A stretch of DNA of 64,000 bases, taken from the NCBI GenBank assembly GCA_044370285.1, contig JBILVU010000002.1, forward strand, positions 22,785 to 86,784, read 5' to 3'. Shown here in pieces: positions 57,788 through 64,000 of the stretch. The notes beneath the pieces were generated by a model. That model saw only the letters and a program-made list of their open reading frames with translations. It was not told where the DNA came from and ran no database searches. This DNA comes from Prosthecobacter sp. (lineage in GTDB: Bacteria > Verrucomicrobiota > Verrucomicrobiia > Verrucomicrobiales > Verrucomicrobiaceae). Positions within the stretch are counted from its first letter, which is position 1. Every line of letters begins with the position of its first letter. The translations under genes and the position numbers were made by a program.

Positions 57788-59269
57788 ATGAAAAACCCGT
57801 CGAGACTGTTTCTGCTCCTTTTCGCCTTCTCCGCCTGCGCCGCGCAGGAGGCCTTTGACCGCCTCACCTTTCACGCCGCGCCGAAACCGCTCTCGACGAC
57901 CGCGAAGACCAGCGACTGGCCGCGTGTGCTCGGTCCCTCGGATGATGCGACTTCGCTAGAAACGCCTCTTTTGAAAAAATGGGCCGCAGGCGAACCCAAA
58001 GCCGTGTGGGAAGTGGCGATGGGCGAGGGCTACAACTCGCCCGCGATCAGCGGCGAGCATTGCGTGATCTTCCACTCTCTCGAAGGCAAGGAAACCATCG
58101 AGTGCCTGCATCGCGAGACCGGAAAACGTTTCTGGCTGCACGACTACGCGGTGACTTATCAGGACCGCTACGGCTTCAGCAATGGCCCGCGAGGTAGCCC
58201 GGTGATCGCCGAGGGCATCGTGGTGACCTTTGGCGTGACCGCGGAGATGCGGGCGCTGGATTTGAAGACCGGAAAACTGCTCTGGAAGCATGATCTGAAG
58301 ACGGAGATGCATGTGCCGCAGGATTTCTTCGGGGCTGGAGGCACGCCGTTGATCCTCGACGGCCGTGTCATCGTGAATGTCGGCGGCAAAAAAGGGCCGA
58401 TTGACGACTCCGAAGGCCTTCGCGACCGCAAAGAGCGCCTCGCTGAAGCAGGCGTGAGCGTGGCGGCCTTTGATCTGAAGAGCGGCGAGGTCGTTTGGAA
58501 GGTCGAGGACGCGTGGGGCGCGAGTTACGCCTCCCCCATTCCTGCCAAGCTGCACGGGCAGACGAAGGTACTCGTCTATGCCGGCGGCGAGAGCGATCCA
58601 GCCACGGGCGGCCTCATGTGCATCGATCCGAAGAGCGGGAAGCTGCATTCAAAATTCGCGTGGCGTGATGACGAATACATCCAGGCCATCGGCACCTCAC
58701 CCGTGGTCATTCCCGAAAAAAACCGCGCCTTCATCACCACCGCGTATCCGAAGGGCCGACCGCTCGGCGGCGTGATGGTGGAGTATGACGCCGACTTTCA
58801 GCCGAAGGAGGTGTGGAAGTCCACGAAGCTTGGCGTGCACTGGATGAACCCGGTTTATCACGACGGCCATCTCTACGCCATCGACGGCGAGACCGAGCCG
58901 AAGTCCCGCCTTGTCTGCGTGAACGCCGAAACCGGCGCGGAAGTGTGGGAGCAAAAGATCGAGTGGGAGGATGCGGAGTTCAGCCAACAAACCGGCCGCG
59001 CCAATCCCACCCGCCTCAGCATCCTCCGTGCGAGCCTCATCCAAGCAGACGGTGCCTTCCTCTGCCTCGGCGAGATCGGTTCCCTGCACTGGCTCGACCT
59101 CAGCCCCGCCGGAGCCAAAGTGATCGCCCAAGCCCAGCCCTTTTACGCCCTCAACACCTGGAGCCTGCCTGCCTTGAGCCATGGTTTGCTGTATGTTCGC
59201 CAGCAGCAGAAGGATCTGATGCAGAAGACCGGTGAGCGGATCATTTGCCTCGATTTGAGAGGGGAGTGA
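57788..59269 (+). CDS. secreted PQQ-like beta-propeller repeat protein
   Basis: 493 aa. Signal peptide and repeated blades of the form ALDLKTGKLLWKH, AFDLKSGEVVWKV, CIDPKSGKLHSKF, CVNAETGAEVWEQ. Confidence 0.75.
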   Translation: MKNPSRLFLLLFAFSACAAQEAFDRLTFHAAPKPLSTTAKTSDWPRVLGPSDDATSLETPLLKKWAAGEPKAVWEVAMGEGYNSPAISGEHCVIFHSLEGKETIECLHRETGKRFWLHDYAVTYQDRYGFSNGPRGSPVIAEGIVVTFGVTAEMRALDLKTGKLLWKHDLKTEMHVPQDFFGAGGTPLILDGRVIVNVGGKKGPIDDSEGLRDRKERLAEAGVSVAAFDLKSGEVVWKVEDAWGASYASPIPAKLHGQTKVLVYAGGESDPATGGLMCIDPKSGKLHSKFAWRDDEYIQAIGTSPVVIPEKNRAFITTAYPKGRPLGGVMVEYDADFQPKEVWKSTKLGVHWMNPVYHDGHLYAIDGETEPKSRLVCVNAETGAEVWEQKIEWEDAEFSQQTGRANPTRLSILRASLIQADGAFLCLGEIGSLHWLDLSPAGAKVIAQAQPFYALNTWSLPALSHGLLYVRQQQKDLMQKTGERIICLDLRGE

Positions 59270-59311
59270 AGCGGTTGACTTTGCCCCGGCCGCCCCCACA
59301 CTCGCGGCCTC

Positions 59312-59749
59312 ATGGGACTCCTCGATTCACTCGCTAAAAACGCGCTGGGCAGCATGCTCGGCGGCTCTTCCAAACAAGATCCTGCTGCGATGCTCAGCGG
59401 CCTGCTCGGTGAAGCGGGCGGCATCGAAGGGCTGAAATCTCAGTTTTCATCCGCCGGCCTCGGCGAGCAGTTTGCCTCGTGGGTTTCCACCGGTGAAAAC
59501 CAACCCGTGACCGAGGACCAGATGCAGAGCGCCATCGGCCCGGATGTCCTCCACGGCCTCGCGAGCAAGCTGGGCATGAACACCAGCACCATCATGCCGC
59601 TGCTGGCGCAGTTCCTCCCGCAGGTGATCGACAAGCTCACGCCTCAAGGCCAGATCACCGACAACCAGCCCTCCAGTGGCCAGCTACAAAGCGTGCTCAC
59701 CAGCGTGATCAGCAGCGGACTCGGTGGTCTTTTTGGTGGCAAGAAGTGA
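59312..59749 (+). CDS. YidB-family protein (DUF937)
   Basis: 145 aa. MGLLDSL...GLGEQFASWVSTGENQPVTEDQMQSAIG...LPQVIDKLTPQG. Confidence 0.75.
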   Translation: MGLLDSLAKNALGSMLGGSSKQDPAAMLSGLLGEAGGIEGLKSQFSSAGLGEQFASWVSTGENQPVTEDQMQSAIGPDVLHGLASKLGMNTSTIMPLLAQFLPQVIDKLTPQGQITDNQPSSGQLQSVLTSVISSGLGGLFGGKK

Positions 59750-59788
59750 TCGCTTGAACAGTTTTTCTTCCACGGCATCGTCGGCTCC

Positions 59789-61075
59789 ATGCCGTCGCTG
59801 CCGCCCATCATCGAAGAACCTGCCAGTCCCGAGGTGGACTGGCTGTTTCTCGATTTGAACAGCTTCTTCGCCAGCGTCGAGCAGCAGGAAAATCCGGCGC
59901 TGCGGGGCAAACCGGTGGCTGTGGTGCCGGTGATGACGGATGCCACCTGCGCCATCGCGGCAAGCGCCCAGGCGAAGAAATTTGGCATCAAGACCGGCAC
60001 GAACATCGGCGAGGCCCGCCACAAATGCCCGGACCTCCAGCTCGTGCTGGCCCGGCATGATAAATACGTCGAGTACCACCACGAGATCATCAAAGAGGTC
60101 GAGCGGCACTACCCCGTGACCTCCATTTGCTCCATCGACGAGATGGGGCTGCGCCTCGACCGCCTCCGCCGCCCGCTCCCAGCCGCCATCGACCTTTCGA
60201 AGCGCATCAAGGCCGGCCTGCGCCGCACGATGGGCGAGTGCATCACCTGCTCCGTGGGTCTCGCCCCGAACCGCTTCCTCGCCAAAGTGGCCTCTGACAT
60301 GCAAAAGCCGGACGGGCTGGTCATTTTGACCGCCGCCGAACTTCCGGGTCGTTTGCTCGATCTGGAACTGCGTGACCTTCCCGGCATCGGCCGGCGCATG
60401 GAGCCGCGACTGCATGCCGTGGGCATCCGCAGCATGCGAGATCTATGGGAAGCCACTCGCGAGGAAATGCACCGCGCCTGGGGCGGCGTGGTGGGGGACC
60501 GCTTCTGGATGGCTTTGCATGGCGAGCCCTCCGAGGACGAGCCTGAGCAAGATCCCAAAAGCATCGGTCACAGCCATGTGCTCTCGCCCGAACTGCGCAA
60601 ACCACCGCAAGCCGCCATCGTGCTGCGTCGGCTGCTTCTCAAGGCTGCCAGCCGCCTGCGGCGCTCCAATCACCGGGCCACCGAGATGAGCGTGAGCATT
60701 CGCGCCGAGGACGGGCCGCGTTGCGAGGCACATCTACGCTTTTCTGCCGTCAATGACAGCCTGGCGCTCACCGAGGTGATGCGCCGCCTGTGGGAAAACG
60801 TCATGCACCAGGCCCGCTGGCAGCGCGTGAAGAAGGTGGCCGTCACGCTCTCCGGCCTCGAATCCCTCACCCAGCCGCAGCAGCTCGATCTTTTCACCCA
60901 GGGTGAAGACCCGCGCCAGCGCCGCGAATCCCTCTCCCGCGTGCTCGATGCCATCAACAAGAAGCACGGCCGCGATTCCATCGTCGTCGGCTTCACCCCC
61001 GACACCGTGCGCACCTTCTCCGGCTCCAAAATCGCCTTCAACCGCATCCCGGACCGCGAGGAGTTCAAGGAGTGA
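59789..61075 (+). CDS. Y-family DNA polymerase (Pol IV-like)
   Basis: 428 aa. FLDLNSFFASVEQ (catalytic Asp), CSIDEMGL (SIDE motif), LRDLPGIGRRM (HhH). Confidence 0.85.
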   Translation: MPSLPPIIEEPASPEVDWLFLDLNSFFASVEQQENPALRGKPVAVVPVMTDATCAIAASAQAKKFGIKTGTNIGEARHKCPDLQLVLARHDKYVEYHHEIIKEVERHYPVTSICSIDEMGLRLDRLRRPLPAAIDLSKRIKAGLRRTMGECITCSVGLAPNRFLAKVASDMQKPDGLVILTAAELPGRLLDLELRDLPGIGRRMEPRLHAVGIRSMRDLWEATREEMHRAWGGVVGDRFWMALHGEPSEDEPEQDPKSIGHSHVLSPELRKPPQAAIVLRRLLLKAASRLRRSNHRATEMSVSIRAEDGPRCEAHLRFSAVNDSLALTEVMRRLWENVMHQARWQRVKKVAVTLSGLESLTQPQQLDLFTQGEDPRQRRESLSRVLDAINKKHGRDSIVVGFTPDTVRTFSGSKIAFNRIPDREEFKE

Positions 61076-61099
61076 GTGAGCGAGCAAAAAGGCCCGAGC

Positions 61100-63274
61100 T
61101 TACGCCCCTTCGCCCGCTTTCGGCTCACGCACCACGCGATCGACGCTGTGCTTCGTGATGATATTCCCCAGGGAATCGCGGCCTTTGATCGCGATGGAGT
61201 TGAAGGGGAATTTGATCGTCAGATTGCGCAGGTAGAGGGCGGGCTTCAGATGGACCACGGCGGCGAAGGCATTACTCTCCTCTTCCGTCTCGTGGCGGAT
61301 GAAATAGAGCACCGAGGAGCCGGGCGTGCCCTTCGTGAGCACATACTCCTTGTCACGCGTGATGCCGCCAATGCGGAAGCGCTTCGCCATGACGTTGCCC
61401 TGACGGCCATCGCGATACACGAAGCTGTAAACGGCCTGATCGTCCTTCTTGAAGAGGTTGATATAGAGCGGGTTCTTGCCCACGAAGAACTTCTCTCCGG
61501 CCTTCGTCACGCTCATGGTGCCGTCTTTGGTGAAGAAGATCACATCATCCAGCGGCGAGCACTTGCAGATCGGCTCGCCCTCACGCTTCAGGCCCGTGCC
61601 GGCAAAGCCGTCCTTGGCGTTGAGATAGAGCGTCTCGTTCTGCATGATCACCTCGGCAGCGGCCACGCGTTCCAAAGTGCCCGCGATCACCGTCTTGCGC
61701 TCGCGACCCACGCCGTAGGTCTTCTTGAGGCGCTCAAAGTGGGCGATGGTGTACTTCGTGAGCTGCTTGAGGTTTTTCTGCACGCCCTCGATATCGTCTT
61801 CGAGCTTCTTGATGGTTTCGTCCGCTTCGAAGCTGTTGAACTTCGAGATGCGCTTGATCTTGATCTCCGTGAGGCGAGCCACGTCCTCGTCATTCACCGG
61901 CCGTTTCAGCACGCTGAGGAAAGGTTTCAGACCTTTCCAGATGGCGGCCATCACGGCGTCCCAGGTCTCGCACTCCTCGATTTTGCGGTAGATGCGGTTC
62001 TCGATGAAAATCTTTTCCAGGGAGCTGAAGTGCCATTTTTCCTCCAACTCGCCCAATTGAATCTCCAGCTCCATGCCGAGCAGTTTCTTCGCATGCTCGG
62101 CGCTGGCCTTCAGCAGTTCCGTCACGCCCACAAAGCGCGGTTTATCTTCAAAGATGACCACCGCATTCGGCGAGAGGCTGATTTCGCAATCGGTAAAGGC
62201 ATACAGCGCCTGGATCGTCTGGTCCGGATCAGCTCCGGCGGGCAATTGGATCACCAGCTCGACGTTTTCCGCCGTGTTGTCGTCCACGCGGGCGATCTTG
62301 ATCTTCCCCTTGTCGTTCGCCGCCACGATGCTGTCTTGGAGGCCGCCCGTGGTCGTGCCAAAGGGGATCTGCGTGATCACCAGCGTGTTCTTCTTCTGCC
62401 CTTGCTCGATCTTCGCCCGCACGCGGACGCGACCGCCGCGCTGGCCGTCATTGTAATCCGTGGCATCCATGATGCCGCCCGTGGCAAAATCCGGCAGCAG
62501 CTTGAAAGGCTCCCCGCGCAGCGTCGCCACGCAGGCATCGCAGAGTTCGAGGAAATTGTGCGGCAGGATGCGGCAGGAAAGCCCCACCGCGATCCCCTCC
62601 ACGCCCTGCGCCAGCAGCAGCGGGAATTTCACCGGCAGCGTCACCGGCTCCTTGTTGCGTCCGTCATAGCTGGAGGACCATTCCGTCACCTTCGGGCTGT
62701 AAACCACATCCAGAGCGAACTTCGACAGGCGAGCCTCGATGTATCGCGGTGCAGCCGCGTTGTCGCCCGTCAGCGTATTGCCCCAGTTCCCCTGCGTGTC
62801 GATCAGCAGCTCCTTCTGGCCGAGCTGCACCATCGCATCGCCGATGGAGGCATCGCCATGCGGGTGATACTTCATCGTATTCCCCACCACGTTCGCCACC
62901 TTGTTGTAGCGGCCATCCTCCAGCTCGTGGAGCGAGTGCAGGATGCGGCGCTGCACCGGCTTCAGGCCGTCATGGATGTGCGGCACCGCACGCTCCAGGA
63001 TCACATAGCTGGCGTAATCCAGGAACCAATCCCCGTAGAGATCGTCCACAGGCTTGTGCTCCACCGGCGCGGCGGAGGGCAGGATCGGAGAATGAGCGTC
63101 AGTCGGCTTGGAGGAAGATTTTTTGGCCACGGGCGGGAAGGCGGAGAGCTGAGGGCTAAGAGCAAAAAGGTTGGGGAGGCGCTTATTAGGAACTGAGGGG
63201 CTGCGGTGCAAATCGAAATTCCACCCCGCCACCGACGCTGGGAGGGCGGGATTCCATTCCCACCGATGAATCAT
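61100..63274 (-). CDS. parC: type IIA topoisomerase subunit A, ParC-type
   Basis: ERAVPHIHDGLKPVQRRILHSL, NTMKYHPHGDASIGDAMV, and active-site Tyr in AAAPRYIEARL. The true start may be the GTG at 63130 (VAKKSSSKP), because the first 48 codons look non-coding. Confidence 0.85.
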   Translation of the reverse strand: MIHRWEWNPALPASVAGWNFDLHRSPSVPNKRLPNLFALSPQLSAFPPVAKKSSSKPTDAHSPILPSAAPVEHKPVDDLYGDWFLDYASYVILERAVPHIHDGLKPVQRRILHSLHELEDGRYNKVANVVGNTMKYHPHGDASIGDAMVQLGQKELLIDTQGNWGNTLTGDNAAAPRYIEARLSKFALDVVYSPKVTEWSSSYDGRNKEPVTLPVKFPLLLAQGVEGIAVGLSCRILPHNFLELCDACVATLRGEPFKLLPDFATGGIMDATDYNDGQRGGRVRVRAKIEQGQKKNTLVITQIPFGTTTGGLQDSIVAANDKGKIKIARVDDNTAENVELVIQLPAGADPDQTIQALYAFTDCEISLSPNAVVIFEDKPRFVGVTELLKASAEHAKKLLGMELEIQLGELEEKWHFSSLEKIFIENRIYRKIEECETWDAVMAAIWKGLKPFLSVLKRPVNDEDVARLTEIKIKRISKFNSFEADETIKKLEDDIEGVQKNLKQLTKYTIAHFERLKKTYGVGRERKTVIAGTLERVAAAEVIMQNETLYLNAKDGFAGTGLKREGEPICKCSPLDDVIFFTKDGTMSVTKAGEKFFVGKNPLYINLFKKDDQAVYSFVYRDGRQGNVMAKRFRIGGITRDKEYVLTKGTPGSSVLYFIRHETEEESNAFAAVVHLKPALYLRNLTIKFPFNSIAIKGRDSLGNIITKHSVDRVVREPKAGEGA

Positions 63275-63337
63275 GGCTCAATCCTACCCCTACGCCGCTT
63301 GACCTCCGCCCGCTTCCTCACCTAAAAAGGCTGACGC

Positions 63338-64000
63338 ATGACCTCCGCCGAAGCCAAAGAACTCCTCCCGCCCTTCCTCGACTTCGTGAAGACGTTGAAG
63401 GGCGATGAGAAGAGCGAGGCGCAGACCTTCCTCGACCGCCTGTTTCGCGCCCTCGGGCATGCAGGGGCCAAGGAAGCTGGTGCCACCTTCGAGTATCGCG
63501 TGGCCAAGAAGCCCGGCTCCTCCCAACTCTCCCTCTTTTCCGGCGATGACCTCGCTTCCGCGCCGAAGGCTAAAGGCGGCGTCAAGTTCGCCGATCTCCT
63601 CTGGCCCGGTCGCGTGCTCATCGAAATGAAGTCCCGTGGTGAGAAGCTCGAAAAGCACTACGACCAGCTCTTCTATTACTGGAGCCACATTGTCCCGAAG
63701 CGCCCGCCCTTCGCCATCCTGTGCAATTTCGACGAACTCTGGATCTACGACTTCAACGAGCAGCTCTTCGATCCCGTCGATCGCATCCGCATCGTCGATC
63801 TCCCGCAGCGCCACACTTCCCTCGGCTTCCTCTTCCGTCATCAGGTCAAGCCCCTCTTCGAGAACAACCGCGTCACCGTCACCCGGAACGCTGCGGACCA
63901 CCTCGCCCACGTCTTCCGCTCCCTCATCTCCGACCGTCCCGAGGGCGAGCGCATCGAGCGTGCTCGTGCGCAGCGCTTCATCCTCCAGATGCTCGTCAGC
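63338..64000 (+). CDS. MmeI-family type IIL (IIG) restriction-modification enzyme, N-terminal endonuclease domain (partial, runs off the window)
   Basis: My own translation from the ATG at 63338 gives 221 codons with no stop: MTSAEAKELLPPFLDFVKTLKGDEKSEAQTFLDRLF...GVKFADLLWPGRVLIEMKSRGEKLEKHYDQLFYYW...FAILCNFDELWIYDF. This parallels MmeI as recalled (GFVDLFWPGILLIEMKSRGKDLDKAYDQALDYF...YVLVCDFQRFRL). Absent from the ORF track because it is open-ended. Confidence 0.75.
   Translation, partial: MTSAEAKELLPPFLDFVKTLKGDEKSEAQTFLDRLFRALGHAGAKEAGATFEYRVAKKPGSSQLSLFSGDDLASAPKAKGGVKFADLLWPGRVLIEMKSRGEKLEKHYDQLFYYWSHIVPKRPPFAILCNFDELWIYDFNEQLFDPVDRIRIVDLPQRHTSLGFLFRHQVKPLFENNRVTVTRNAADHLAHVFRSLISDRPEGERIERARAQRFILQMLVS

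Noticed and set aside
61076-63196. 706-aa plus-strand ORF opposite parC, and the 206-aa minus-strand ORF 63290-63910
   Set aside because: The first is the antisense of the topoisomerase gene. The second is the antisense of the open-ended MmeI-like ORF that starts at 63338.

Overview
Visibly GC-rich chromosomal segment. It most likely comes from a PVC-superphylum bacterium, Verrucomicrobiota-like. This is inferred from a PVC-type haem-binding DUF1080 multidomain protein, two sulfatases, and palindromic or short-period intergenic repeats. The window is mostly housekeeping. On the minus strand at 5.1-18.4 kb lies the classical cluster tRNA-Thr, tuf, tRNA-Trp, secE, nusG, rplK, rplA, rplJ, rplL, rpoB, rpoC. 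Other recognisable genes are trpB, an M3 oligopeptidase, cdaA, an ECF sigma module, an M32 carboxypeptidase, gcvT and gcvH, tgt, fdhD, lpxK, a Y-family polymerase and a ParC-type topoisomerase subunit. Accessory items are a hicAB pair (0.27-0.72 kb), a DUF4160/DUF2442 pair wedged between gcvT and gcvH, and the 5' end of an MmeI-family type IIL restriction-modification gene that runs off the right edge. The most unusual locus is 42.99-51.14 kb on the minus strand, with three co-directional genes. The first encodes a 2081-aa protein with an N-terminal FHA domain, about 1850 aa of repetitive coiled coil and a C-terminal region that by eye aligns with GrpE. The second encodes a 496-aa Hsp70 that lacks the helical lid. 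The third encodes a 111-aa J-domain-like protein without the HPD motif. I read this as a self-contained, non-canonical Hsp70 machine and know of no characterised equivalent. All homology statements are by-eye motif recognition, since no searches were possible. Many long ORFs in the track are antisense shadows of real genes in GC-rich DNA and were rejected.
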